Source of the DNA: Dictyostelium discoideum
Lineage: Eukaryota
DNA: 64,000 nt
Assembly (NCBI GenBank): GCA_000004695.1
Contig: CM000152.2
Location: forward strand, 3,200,001 to 3,264,000
Direction: 5' to 3'
Shown here: positions 42,078-55,278 of the stretch, in pieces
Numbering within the stretch: the stretch's first letter is position 1
Layout: each line of letters opens with the position of its first letter
The notes under the pieces: model-generated
Told to the model about the DNA's origin: nothing
Databases searched by the model: none
The model's input: the letters and a program-made list of their open reading frames with translations, nothing else
Position numbers and translations under genes: made by a program

Positions 42078-43680
42078 GTTATGAAGAATATTTTAATTTA
42101 AATGATAAATATTTAATATGTGAAAGAGATAGAATTAAATCATTAACTAAGGAATATAAATTCGATATTATTCAAGAGAGATTAACAATTAAAGAATATA
42201 AATTATATGCAGTAGAGGAATGGATATTTAAATCGAATCATATGTGGAGTGCGATTTCTTATACTGGTAATCCTGATGATAAGGTATTGGTGACATCAAT
42301 TAGACCAACTCAACAGTCAAAGGCATTCTTTAACTTGATTTCAAAACCACCCAATTCCACATTCTACTCTATCAACACAAGAGAGGGTCAATTGCTATTG
42401 GCAAACTATGGTGACTCTTCACAATATGGTGGCTTGACATTGATCGATATAGCCGATGGCGATTTCGATCAGCATATATCAGATTTGAAAACTAATTTAT
42501 CTTTGAAAAGATTAGGTTGTACAGGTCCAAAATATCAAATATCTCCAATGAAACTAACCACTAATTGTAGTGATAAGTTTAGAAAATTATCTGGTTTTCC
42601 AAAAATATCAAACAACTATGTTTGTGATTTCGTTAAAGAATTACAAGCTGCTCTATCTCATTTAAATTATTTACCTTTATTAACTAAAATCGATGGTTGT
42701 TATGATCAAAAAACTATAAATGCATTAAAAGCTTTTCAACTTGATACAAATAAGAAGAAATTATTAGAAATTAATAGTAATAGTGGTACCACTACTACTA
42801 CAAATACAAATACAAATACAAATACAACTAGTTCATTATTACCAACAGAAGGATTTTTAGATCAAAATACATTTGATGAATTACAAGAGGAAATTTTGAA
42901 ATTAGCAAATAAATTATATAGTTTAGGTTTTTCACCACCTGATAGTCCAATCAAAAACTATCAAGAATTTAATGTTGTCATTAAACAATTTCAAGAAAAT
43001 TTTAGAATTTGTCCAGATGCTCCTGGTAAAAACATTTTAAATTTTATTGAAAAATTAAATTTAAAAGTACCAATCAATGCAAATAATTTAACAAATTCAA
43101 CAACTGCTACAAATACTTTAAATTCAAATAATACAAGAAATAGAAGTAAATCTGATTCTGCTGATGATAATAATAATAATAATAATTCTTCAACAACTTC
43201 CAATACAACACATAGAGTTAATCATTCAAAACAATCATCTTCAGTTGGTAATAAAATTATAGTTAATCGTAATACTCGTAATGGTTCTAATAATACTACT
43301 AATGCAGCTAGTGGTAATATAATATCAACTGTAAATAATAGTAGAAGTAGTACAAGTGTTAATAATAATAGTAATAATAATAATAGTAATAATAATCAAT
43401 ATGGTAGTTTTGATGATATGGAAAGTTTTAAAAGAGGTCAAGAGAAAACTGATGCTGAAATATTTAGATATTATGATGATGATGACGATGAAGATGAGGA
43501 TGAAGATTATTATGAAGATGTTGAAGAGGATGAATATTATACTCATGATGAATCTTATGATAAAGATGTTAAATCTGATACAACAACCGGTGCTGATGTT
43601 GAAGATGATTCAAAGAGTGAAGGTTCTTCTTATTTCAATAGAAATAAATCATCATCGTCAACTGGTAATTTACCAGGTGT

Positions 43681-43711
<31 letters not shown>

Positions 43712-44547
43712 ACAGCAACAGCAACAAATAATAATACAAAATCATCAACAGATGTAACTACAAAAACTACTACAACCAATACAAATACAAATTCAAATCC
43801 AGCAACAACAACAACAACAGGTAAAAATATATTATCACAAACTCAAAATGATATAAATAATTTAGAAACTATTACAGAAGCAGAAGAAAAGGAAAGATTA
43901 AAACAAACAATTATTAAATTAGAAGGATTGGTAGAGAAACAACAACAACAATATTCAAAATTAAAAGATGATTTTAATCAACTCTATGAAAATTATTTTG
44001 AATTAAAAGAGAAATCTTTGAAATCTATTGCAGTCATTCAAACAAATGAAAAAATGTTTGGTGAAATTAATAATCGTTGGAATAAATTAACAAAAAAAGA
44101 ATTACCAGAGATTGAAGATAAAATTAATACAAATGTTGATATAATTCAGTCCTATTCAAACAAAGTATGTATTTAAATAATTTTAATTTTATTTTTATTT
44201 TTAATTTCTTCTAACCTTTTTTTTTTTTTTTTTTTTTTTAAAAGATGAAAAGATTAGATGATATTGTAACATCAATTCAAAGAAAGAATGATAGAAATAT
44301 ATTTATCTCATTCTTAATGAGTATTGGTTCATTATTGGCAATTATGTTTGCATATTTGTTATTATTTGCCACAAAGATTAAAAGAAATGTTGCTCTTGCT
44401 TTGGATCCAATTATTAATCAAAATAATCATCAAAATGCCAATAAACCTAAAACTTCAACTGATGAGAATATTGAAGATTTTGTAATTAAACAAAAGTTAA
44501 GAATAACTCAAGTTATGGATGATTATGATGATGTAGGAAATAAATAA
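41213..44547 (+). CDS. Hypothetical large protein of about 1090 aa: N/Q-rich regions, a central conserved globular region, a C-terminal coiled coil and a single transmembrane helix near the C-terminus
   Basis: Two exons: 41213..44164 (donor GTATGT, phase 0) and 44245..44547 (acceptor TTTAAAAG). The track ORF opens at a TTG at 41177; the first ATG is 41213. Confidence 0.6.
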
Positions 44548-44558
44548 AATAATATATA

Positions 44559-44613
<55 letters not shown>

Positions 44614-45210
44614 GTAAATAGTTTTCAAAAATAAAAAAAGGTATAAAAATAAATAAAAGTAAATAAATAAAAGTAAATAAAAGTGTAATTTAAAGTTAAA
44701 GATATGAATTTGTTTTTTTTTTTTTTTTACCATTAAATTTGTTTCTTTTGTTTTGAATAAAATTGAATTATTGCATAAAGATTACTATTTTGGTTATTGC
44801 AATCCTTTTTTTTTTTCAAAAAAATTTTTGGAATAAGGAACAATCTTTAAAATCTCCAGAATTAACTATTTGGCACTCAGTAACATAACTCCCTTACATT
44901 TTTAAACCATTTGTGAGAATATGGATCATTAAATTTGAAAATAAATATATTTAAAAATGTGTGGTGAAAAATTCTGGGAATGTTGGTGATTTTGAGAAAA
45001 TAAGATTTCTTTTTTTTTTTTTTTTCATCATTTAAAGAAAAAAAAAAAAAAAAATCAAATCTATTTATATAATTAGATTTGAAATCATTTGGAATAATTG
45101 TTTTTTTTTTATGAATTTTATTTTTTTTTTTATTTTTTTTTTATTTTTTTTTTTATTTTTTAATTTTATACTGTATTTTTTTATTAATAAACATCATTTT
45201 TTTAAATTAT

Positions 45211-46276
45211 TTATTTTTTAATTCCATTTTCATAATTTTTCTTGTAATAAGTAGAGATGGAATATGGTAAAGCGATGGCACCAGCACATAAAACAAAGAA
45301 AGTGATCCATTCTTTAATTAAGAGGGAAGTTCTCTTTTCATAATCAGCTTGGCTTTCAACATACATACCACTGTAACTGGCAGCTGATGAAACAGTGAAT
45401 TCACTTGAAGTTTGAGTTTTACGATAATTTAAAACGGTTGAAGTTAATGAATAGATACCAGATTTCTTTGGGATAACAGTTAAATTGGTTTGAACTTGTG
45501 AGTTTGGTGCAAGGGTTTCCCATTTACCTTCTGATGAACCTGAAACAAATTCAAACTCAGCATTTGAAAAATCATTATCAATGAATGAAATATCATAAGC
45601 TGGTCTATAATTATTATTATTTTTATTATTGTTATTATTTGATAAATCGGGAGGGTTAATAATCCTATCCTATAATTATTTTGTGTATTTATTATGGTTT
45701 ATTTCATCTATAGATCATTAAGATTATCCTATATTATTATCATCTATTATCGCTATCATTATCATTATCTATTATTATTTTTCATTTTCATCAAAATGTC
45801 GTCATCATTTATCATTTTTTTATTTTTTTTGGATTGATGGGTCCTTTTATTGTTGTTGTTATTATTTTTAAAAATTAAACTAGATAATCTAGAAACATAC
45901 TCTGAACCAACATTGTAGATAATGAATTGAATTGGTAATTCCTTTCCAACTACTGGACCTTCAACGATCTTTTTGTGGAATAAGAGTTCAGCTCCGTTCT
46001 CACAATAGACGAAACTGACAAATAAAACTAAAAATAATGAAATTACAGTTTTGAAGTTCTATTGTTTTCATATAAGTTTTGATTTTGAATTTTTGAATTT
46101 TTGATGGTTGATCATTTTTTTTTATTTTTATTATTTTTTTTTTTTAAAATTAAAAAACAAAAATAATAATATTAATATAAATATAAATATAAAAATAAAA
46201 TATAAATATATAGTTGAATTTAATTAATTGGAAAAGGGAGAAAAAAAAAATTGTCAAAAATGACCATACATACCAT
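45211..46276 (-). CDS. Translocon-associated protein subunit beta (TRAP-beta / SSR2)
   Basis: Absent from the track because no exon of 60 aa or more starts with Met. Exons: 46276..46274 (ATG only, donor GTATGT), 46058..45901 (signal peptide NFKTVISLFLVLFVSFVYC, then ...IIYNVGSE, donor GTATGT), 45664..45211. Similarity to SSR2 across the luminal domain and the C-terminal TM+KK tail (EKRTSLLIKEWITFFVLCAGAIALPYSISTYYKKNYE). Confidence 0.65.
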
Positions 46277-46282
46277 TTTATG

Positions 46283-46301
46283 CGTGTGTATGTTGTGTGT
46301 G
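46283..46301. promoter_or_regulatory. GT-rich (G-box-like) element GCGTGTGTATGTTGTGTGTG immediately upstream of the TRAP-beta ATG
   Basis: One of at least 9 GTGTG/GTGGGT-type islands located 0–300 bp upstream of start codons in this window. Confidence 0.3.
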
Positions 46302-46335
46302 ATTGATTAATGAAAAATTCCAATATAAAAAATGA

Positions 46336-46367
<32 letters not shown>

Positions 46368-47015
46368 TGGTGATGTGCTGAAAAAAAAAAAAAAAAATTA
46401 AAAATAAAAAAAAAAATGAAAAAAATTATTTTTTTTTTTTAAGAAAATATTTTGACTTTTTTTTTTTTTATTTAAATCTTTTTCAGTTTTATTTGTTTTT
46501 TTTAATCAAAAATTTTATTTTTGGAATTAAATTAATCATTCATAATAGTTTTTTATTTTGAAGGATAAAAAGAGGGAATATTTTAAATTAATTATAAAAT
46601 AGATATTAAAAAAAACTAGAAAAATTTGATGAATTGGCTTATTTTTTATTTTTTATATTTTAATGTCTTCAATAAATAAAATTAAAAAAAAAATAATAAA
46701 AAAAATAAAATAACAAGATTTAATTAATTATTTTTTTGATTTAAATATTAATAAAAAGTTTAAAATAAAAAAAATAAATAAAAGGTAAAAACTCTTTGTT
46801 CTTCAAAATAAAAAAATAATTACAAAAAATGAATGATAAATAATAAAATTCCAAACAATTATAAAAAAAAAAAAATGATTAATTGACTTTAAAAATTTAA
46901 AAATCATTGGGAAAAAGATGGTGGAATAAAGAAAAAAAAAAAGGATTTTTATTAAATTATTATTTTACAAAAAGAAAAAAAATTTTTTTTATCACCTAGA
47001 GATTTGTTTTATTAT

Positions 47016-47990
47016 TTAAGAATCATTATCATTATTGTTATCATTATTGTTATCGCCACCATTATTTTCATTAACATTAAAATTTGAATTGTTTCTACAG
47101 ATATTTACGTTGTAACTATTATTATTGTTGTTGTTATTATTGTTGTTATTGTTACTAGTTCTATCGATATTTTCATCATCACTATCAATGGTTATTTCGT
47201 TTTCATCATTAAATGGCTGAATTGAACTTGAAGATGATGAATAGGAATAACTATTTGGTGTTACTGTTACTGTAACATTACTATTTCCATCATGTGGTAC
47301 TATGCAATTATCTGGTAACGGATGTTGGGTTTTCTTCCATGGGTCTTCAAGAAATGATGATTTAAAGTAATACTTTTGTTGATTTTGATTTTGATTTTGT
47401 AAAAGTCTATTGTTGTTGTTATTATTAATATTAATATTTCTATTATTTCCATAACCTCTATTATTGTTATTATTAAAATTTCTATTATAATTATAGTTAA
47501 AATTATTATTATTGTTGTTATTGTTGTTATTATTGTTGTTGTTATTATTATTGTTGTTATTATTATTGTTGGTTCCACTTCCAATGTAATGATTATTATT
47601 ATTATTATAATTATAATTGAGATTATTATTGTTGTTGTTGTAATTAAAATTACCATTATAGTTTTGACCATTATAATTATTATTAAAATTATTATTGTTA
47701 TAACCATTGTTGTTATTATAGTTCATATTATAGTTTACACCATTTCTATTTACACTTCTACTGTAACTGTATGAACTACCACTGCCACCACTTCCACCAG
47801 TACTATTCATATTTAGATTATAATTGTTATTGTTGTTATTGTTGTTATTATTGTTATTATTATTATAACGACCATTATTATTATTGTTGGTATTATTATT
47901 CCTTCCATTATTATTATTATTGTTTTCGTTGTTATAATCTCTAATATATGGGTGGTAATTACTACCATTAACATTAATATTTGTATTCAT
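47016..47990 (-). CDS. Extremely Asn-rich (about 45% N) low-complexity protein with N/Y/G prion-like composition; unknown function
   Basis: Single track ORF of 324 aa; the only non-repetitive stretch is roughly residues 200–260. Confidence 0.5.
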   Translation of the reverse strand: MNTNINVNGSNYHPYIRDYNNENNNNNNGRNNNTNNNNNGRYNNNNNNNNNNNNNNYNLNMNSTGGSGGSGSSYSYSRSVNRNGVNYNMNYNNNNGYNNNNFNNNYNGQNYNGNFNYNNNNNNLNYNYNNNNNHYIGSGTNNNNNNNNNNNNNNNNNNNNNNNFNYNYNRNFNNNNNRGYGNNRNININNNNNNRLLQNQNQNQQKYYFKSSFLEDPWKKTQHPLPDNCIVPHDGNSNVTVTVTPNSYSYSSSSSSIQPFNDENEITIDSDDENIDRTSNNNNNNNNNNNNSYNVNICRNNSNFNVNENNGGDNNNDNNNDNDS

Positions 47991-48422
47991 TGTGACTGTA
48001 TATTAAATTTTGTATGAGTTTGTTTTTTGTGTGTGTGAGAAAAATAAAAACAATAAAAAAAAAAAATAAAAAAAAAAAATATAAAAAAAAAAATAAAAAA
48101 AATATAAAAAAAAATAGGAAATTAAATTAAAAAAAAATAGGGAATTTAATTAAAAAAAAATAAAATTTATAAATATTATAAAAAAATAAAAATATAATTA
48201 TAATAATAAAAAAAAACTTTTTTGAATTAAATTTAAATTAAATTTGTTTTATTTTTATTTGAAAATTCAATTATTTTGAAAATAAAAAAAAAATAATAAA
48301 ATAAAAAATAAAAAAAAGGTAATAATTGAAGCATTGTTGTTGTTGTTGTTGTTTACTTTTTTTTTATTTTTAATTTATATTTTTATTTTTTATTTTTTTA
48401 TTTTTTATTTTTTTTTTTTTTC

Positions 48423-48735
48423 TTAAATTTTTCTTTCAGTAATTGGTCTATTTTTGAGATATTCTGCTACACCTTTATTAGATTCGAAATGTTCTTTCAA
48501 AGAATCTAAATGTGGGAACTTACCATTGTATAAGAGATCAGCAGCAAATGGTAAAACATAACCAATGTATTCATAAGCAACATAAACATATAAATCAGCC
48601 AAAGTGTAAGAATTACCACCTGCAAGATATTTCTTTTCACCTAAAATTTGATTCCATTTTGCGAAAAATCTTGGTATAATAATTTCTTGGATTTTTTCTT
48701 TTTCTTCAACCTAATAATTATTTTTAAAAATATTA

Positions 48736-48789
<54 letters not shown>

Positions 48790-49124
48790 ATACATACACC
48801 TCTGAATACTCTAATGATAAAAGTAAAAACATCAATATTGACAGCAGCGAGTGTTTCATCGACCAAAGCTTTTTCTTCTGGAGTTTTACCAACGAAATCA
48901 TGTTGAGATGCAATATATTTTGAAATTGCCATTGATTGTACTAATTTGAAACCATTGCTATCTGTATATAATGGAAGTTGTCCATATTTAAGATCATCAA
49001 TAATATTTTCATCAATTTTATCAATATAGTTATTATCATAGTCAATTGAAAGATATGATAATAAAACACGTGGGAATTGACCTAATGCTCTAACTTTAAA
49101 ATATGATAATTGTGGTTTTGTCAT
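48423..49124 (-). CDS. Glutathione S-transferase (alpha/sigma-like cytosolic GST)
   Basis: Two exons: 49124..48798 (N-terminal thioredoxin-like domain, donor GTATGT, phase 0) and 48710..48423 (C-terminal helical domain ...LAGGNSYTLADLYVYVAYEYI...). The intron contains a 45-nt poly-T. Confidence 0.8.
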
Positions 49125-49761
49125 TTTTGATTTGTTTTTATTAATATAAATAGAAATATTATTGATTATTGGAAATATTTTTTTTTTTTTTCAAAATATT
49201 GATTAAAAATTGATTTAAGAATAAAAAATAAAAAAAAAATAAAAAATTTTAACTTTAAATTAAAAAAAAAATAAAAAATTTAATAATAAAAAAAAAAAAA
49301 TAAAAAATTAAAATATTTTTAGATATTTTTTTTTGGAAGTGTGTGCTTCTAGAAGATTTAAAATTTAATTAGATAATAATTATTTTTCAATTTTCAATTT
49401 GCAAAAATAGAATCATAATCATATGATGAAGCTTCATTAAAATATTTGTTTTTTTTTTTTAAAAAACTTTATTTAAAATAACTATGTAAATCCAAAATTT
49501 CCCATAAAAGGAGATCATTAATTTTTAAAAATATTGAAACTACAAAAAAAAAAAAATTTATTTTTACTATATATAAATAATTTTGTAATTACAAAATATA
49601 GTTCAAATTTGACTGGATTTTATAGTATATAAAAAAAAAAAATATATTCTAAAAATATTTAACAAAAATTAAATCAAAAACTCATTTTCTTTTATTATTA
49701 TTATTTATTTTATTTTATTTTATTTTATTTTATTTTTTTATTATTATTTTTTTTATTATTA

Positions 49762-51911
49762 TTATTGTTGTTTTAAAGTTTCCATATAAGTATAGAAAGC
49801 AAATTCATTACTATTGAGACCATATTTATAAACGAAACGACTTGCTAAATAAGAACCAAAGATAGCTTTAACGTATGGTTCTGGTACACGTTCCATAATT
49901 TTATCAACACCTAAAAGATTTAATAAAACCTTTGGACAAGCAGCAGAGATGATTTTACGTCTGAGTGATTGATCAGTCCAAAGGGAAGAGGTTTGAATTG
50001 AATCATTGAGTGAATTGATTTTATTTGATAAGAGATCGGAAAGGATTGAACGTGGAGTTTTAGTTGATTCATGTTCACTCCAAATACATTCAAACTCTAA
50101 ACGAGCATTTGATTCAATGGTATGATGAACGTCTTTAATGTAATTTTCATAAAACTCTGGTACTACATTATCCTTGACACACATATGTCTATCGAATTCT
50201 TCATCATTCAAAGCCAAAGCGGCCAAGACCTCCAAAGAGGAAGAAGTGACACCACCTTTATTGGCAGAGGCATCCTTAAAGATGATAGCACCCTTCTCTT
50301 CGATCATTAATCTTGCCTTTTGAGTAAAGAATAAATTAGCACCTTCAACGATGATTGGGAAACGAGATTCACCGGTTGCAGTGAACATTTTATCGACATT
50401 TGTCAATTGTACAGATTCTGGTCTACCACCGCATGGTACAAAGATATCGGCATTACATAATGGATTGAGATGGAAGTTATTTCTAAAGATGAGACCACTT
50501 TCGACAATGTCACCATTTGGTAATTTTACATCATTCTCTGCAACATCAACAAAGAAACCTTGTGGAGAGAGTTTTGATTTATCAAAGTAACGAGCCATTT
50601 GACGTTTACTAGCGAGACGACCAATCTCATCACGATTGAGACCTTGTGGATCCAAGAGTACACCGGAACCATCGACGATACCAATGGTTTTATCTTTGGA
50701 GATTTTAATTTCATTTGAACCTAAATCACCATCTGGACCACCAGTTTGGAATTTTGTGCAATCGGCTTCGTTTCTACCCAATTTAGCGAGTGTACCAAGA
50801 ACGTATTGATGAATGGATCTAGTGGTCATACCATAGAGATCATGAGGAATACCACCTCTACTTAATGATTTACCAGTGGTAAAGGCTTTCCAGAAATGTG
50901 CACCACGATCTTTAGCGTGACTTGAAGCCCAATTCATGAAATCGGCAGTACCCTCATCTGGACCGAGGAAGAGGATCTCTGGTTTGGCAAAGTGATCGAC
51001 AATCTCGTGATTTGGTAATAAAAGATCCAATAAACCATCGATATATTTATGGAAAGCAACTTCAGCTTTACTTTGATGATCGGCAGACAAGAGAATAGTA
51101 CCCTTTGAACCACCTTCAGCAATATCCTTATTCTTTGATTGTTGAGTATTGGCTAAATTGTAATTCTCATCAAACAATGATGAAGAGTTATGATCGTATT
51201 GAGTGGAATTACCAGATCTAATGATACGAATACCACCACGAGAAATATCACGGAAACGAATATGGAAACCACGGAATTCAGAACCAACAACAAAGAAAAC
51301 TGCGTATGGTGTTGAAACGTATTCTTTAGTTGAGAGGAAACCTGGATCCAAACGGAATGATAAAGCTGTTTTAGTTTGTTTATAGAAATTTGTCTTTAAT
51401 AAATGACGATTGAATGATAAAATTGCTGAAAAGATTTGACTATCCAATTCATTATTTACTGTCTTTTTAATTGATGCTAAAATCTCTGAACCATGTTGAA
51501 CATCATATTTTTGTGTATTATTACTGTTGCTACCACTGAAATGGAACTTTTCAAAGTCTTGATATAAAATTTTAATCAATTCTGGATATTGTAAAACTGC
51601 ATCTCTAACACGACCTTCTGTGAATGTATCCTTACTTAAACGAGTCTTTAATTGTGCTAACATTGATTGTTTGGTTGAATCATCACCAATTGCTGCTGCC
51701 AATGCTGAATACTCTGTAGCATATCTATTCAAAAATTGATAAGCAAATTTCCAACAAACATATGCATATGTAACTTCTGGGAATGATAATTGATGTGATA
51801 AAAATAATGGTGTTAATGATGTTCTTGGTAAAACATAAACTAATGATGCCTAAAAAAATAAAAATAAAAAAAATTAAAAAATAATTAGTTACTAATTAAT
51901 TAAATAATAAT

Positions 51912-51978
<67 letters not shown>

Positions 51979-53025
51979 CTTACTTGTTCAGCAATTTTTG
52001 AAATTTTAGTATTAATATCAACATCTGGATGTAATGGACGTAAATAAATTGAATAAATTGTAATACCATTTGAGAATTGTTCAACATATTTATGAGTTGC
52101 ATACATTTGATGAAAATGGTAGAGTTCACCAATTGCAGACCAATAGGAGTGAGTTGAACCACGACGATAGGCAATGACTAAACGAGCACCATTGGTTTGA
52201 TATGGATAATGTTTAATGACTGGACCTTGTTTACCAACAGACTTCATTCATAACTTCTTGATAGATCTTTTTGGTGAGTTCAGATGATTTCTCAATGAAT
52301 GAGATATCACCAATTTTGAAGAGATCAGTCTCGGTGGCGAGTATTTCATCGTTTTTACTTGCAGAGAGGTCATTGGTTGCTTGTGGGAATACTGGTTTTG
52401 TCAAGTAGTAAAGACGGAGATGAACTGGCGATGAATTCGATACTGTACCAGTGGTACGATAACATGCCAAACGGAAACCGTGTGGTGGTAAGTTGGTGCC
52501 AGTTGGAGGCTTTGGTGAGACTGGGAATGGAGCAACGGCAACTTGTTGTGGACTTAATAATTGTTGGTCTTGGTGGTATCCTTCGCCAAAGTAGTGTGAT
52601 TCAATTGCGTGTTCAATCATCATTGCTGGTGAATCTCTTTTACCTGGGTTCGATGGGGTGATGAATGTGGCACTACCCTCGTTCTTGCTGTGAAGATGTA
52701 CTTCCAATTTGGCACCAGTTGCATGTGATACCATCTTTGCTGCATATAATGAAAGGATGTGACGTGCAATCACAATTGATGGTGTACTATCGAAATAGTT
52801 GCTATCAAGTCCTAACTTACAGTAGAACCAATCAACCTCTGGTTCAACTCTTGAACTTTCAATTAAACGTTCAGACTTTAATAAACTTTTAACTTCAACA
52901 GCTTGTTCTTTATATGGATTTGACTCTAATAAATTTGCTAATGCATCACCATCTTCTTTAGTGAAATATTGAGTCTTTGGTTGAGCTGCAATCTCTTGTG
53001 AAATTGTTAAATTTTGGTTTAACAT
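49762..53025 (-). CDS. glud2: NAD-specific glutamate dehydrogenase, large (about 1040-aa) fungal/protist GDH2 type, with an apparent frameshift near 52231..52247
   Basis: Three track ORFs on one strand (52231..53025, 51900..52247, 49762..51732). The second and third join via intron 51850..51983 (GTAAGT...TTTTTTAG, phase 0, contains a 60-nt poly-T). The first and second overlap by 17 nt in different frames. GDH catalytic core is in the last exon (GGSKGTILL, GPDEGT). Confidence 0.8.
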
Positions 53026-53306
53026 TCTTTTTCTTTTTTTTTTTTTTTTTTTAATATATATATATTTCTAATAATAATAAATAAATAAAATAAATAAGAG
53101 AATGAAAAAAAAAGAAAAGAAAAAAGAAAAAAAGAAATAAAAAGTTTTATTAATACAAGATTTGTATTTGTTTTTTTAAAAAATAAAAAAATAAAAAAAA
53201 AATAAAAAAATTAAAAATTAAAAAATTTTGTGTGTGGGAAATCAAAAAACATATCGTTTTTGTTTATTATTTTTTTTATTTTTATAAATTGGATACTTAC
53301 ATATAT

Positions 53307-53322
53307 TGGGGGAGGTGTGTGC
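53307..53322. promoter_or_regulatory. GT-rich element TTGGGGGAGGTGTGTGC (with GTGTGTGGG at 53228..53238) upstream of the NAD-GDH gene
   Basis: Position about 200–290 bp upstream of the ATG at 53025 on the minus strand. Confidence 0.3.
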
Positions 53323-53854
53323 TTTTTTTTTTTAAAAATAAATAATGAATAAATTTAGAAATAATAAAATTTAAAAATAAATAAATAACTATTATATATA
53401 TGAATTATATAATTTAACAAATAAAAAAAAAAATAATAATAGAAAAAAAAATTAAAAAAAATAAATAATAATAATAAATAAATAAATAAATAAAAAAAAA
53501 AAAAATAGTAATAATAATAATAATAATAATGAAAAAAAAAAAAAGAAAAATTTTTTTTTTTTTTTTTTTGACTCACAACAACAAATTTGAAATTTCGTTC
53601 AATTAATAAAATTAAAAAATTAAAAAAAATAATTTTTTTTTTTTTTTTAAAAAATAAATCCGTTATCGAATATTTACCAGTTTTTCGAGGCTTGCTACAA
53701 AATATTCCTTTGGGACTCACGGGAAAAATATTTTTTTTTTTTCGCCGAAGTTAAGGTGGTGTGATTCTTGAAGGGTCGCCAAAATTTTTTTTTTTTTTAT
53801 TTTTTTTTAATTTTTTTTGGTTTTGATTAGTTTGATTAACAGTCAAGGTTTTAC

Positions 53855-53885
<31 letters not shown>

Positions 53886-54322
53886 ACATAAATACAAAAA
53901 AATGAAAAAAAAAAAAATTTTGGTTTAAAACTTAAAGGGTATTATTGTTTTTTTTTTTTTTTTTTTTTTTTCAAAACAATGAATTAAAATTTTAAATAAA
54001 AAAAAAAATAAATAAATTTTATTTTATTTTTATTTATTTATTTATTTAATTGATTACCTGTAAATATTTTAAGTAGCTGAACAACAAAGAAATTTGATAT
54101 TTAACCAGGATTTTAATTTTTTTTTTTTTTTTTTTTAATGTTTTTTTTATTTTTTATTTTTTTTTTTTTGACTAATTTCAATCAGATAATAAATTTAAAA
54201 CATATCAATAAATATTTGAATCAAGAAAGAAAAAAAAAAAAACTAATAAAATAAAAAAAGATATTAACTGGAATGCCAAATGAAACCAATGGTTGTTTCT
54301 GGAAAAAAAAAAATTAATAATA

Positions 54323-54357
<35 letters not shown>

Positions 54358-54508
54358 AAAATATTTTTTTTTTTCAATTTTTTTTTTTTTTTTTCAATTT
54401 TTTTTTAATTTTTTTTATTTTTTTATTTTTTATTTTTTAATATTTTTTGTACTACTATTATTATTAATTTTTTTTTTTATTTTAAAAAAAAGAAACGATA
54501 ATAATAAT

Positions 54509-55234
54509 ATGGATCAAAGAGATAGTAGATCTCCATCTCGTTCACCAGGTGACGATAATAAAAAAGATATAGATAGTAAAAATAATGGTGGTGCTGTAAA
54601 TAACAACTCAAATGGCAGCAATACTAATAATGGTAATTCAGCAACAAATGCTAACAATGATATAGTTATGAAGGATGAAAGTAATAGTAATAACAATAAT
54701 AATAATAATAGTAATACCAGTAACAATGGTACAAATAGTAATAATAATAGTAATAACAACAATAATAATAATCGTGATAATAGTAGATCACCTTCACCAA
54801 GAGGTAGAAGAGGTGACTCTAAAGAACGTTCAAAGAGTAGAGATAGAAACGATAGAGATAGAGATAGGAGTAGAGATAGAAACGACAGAGATAGAGATAG
54901 ACATGATAGAGATAGAAGTAGAGATAGATATGATAGACATGACAGAAGCAGAGAAAGAAATAGAAGTAGAACACGTTCAAGATCTGGTTCAAGAAGAAGA
55001 AAGTCTATCGATTTTAGCTTATTAGCTGAAAGAAGAGTTTATGTAGGTCGTATCTCAAATAAAACTACAAGAGAATCTCTAGAAGATTCTTTCCTTAAAT
55101 TTGGTAAAGTTCTATCGTGTGATGTTAAAAATGGTTATGCTTTTGTTGTATGTATTAAAAAAATAAAAAAAAATAAAAAATAAAATAAAAAATAAAATAA
55201 TAATAATAATATTGTTTAATTAAAAATTACTAAC

Positions 55235-55278
<44 letters not shown>

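Noticed and set aside
46021-46040. ATGAAAACAATAG... as the TRAP-beta start (M-K-T-I-E-L-Q-N-C-N-F-I-I-F-S-F-I-C-Q-F-R-L-L-stop)
   Set aside because: It is out of frame with the conserved SSR2 luminal domain and hits a stop after 23 codons. The ATG|GTATGT first exon at 46276 gives an in-phase signal peptide instead.
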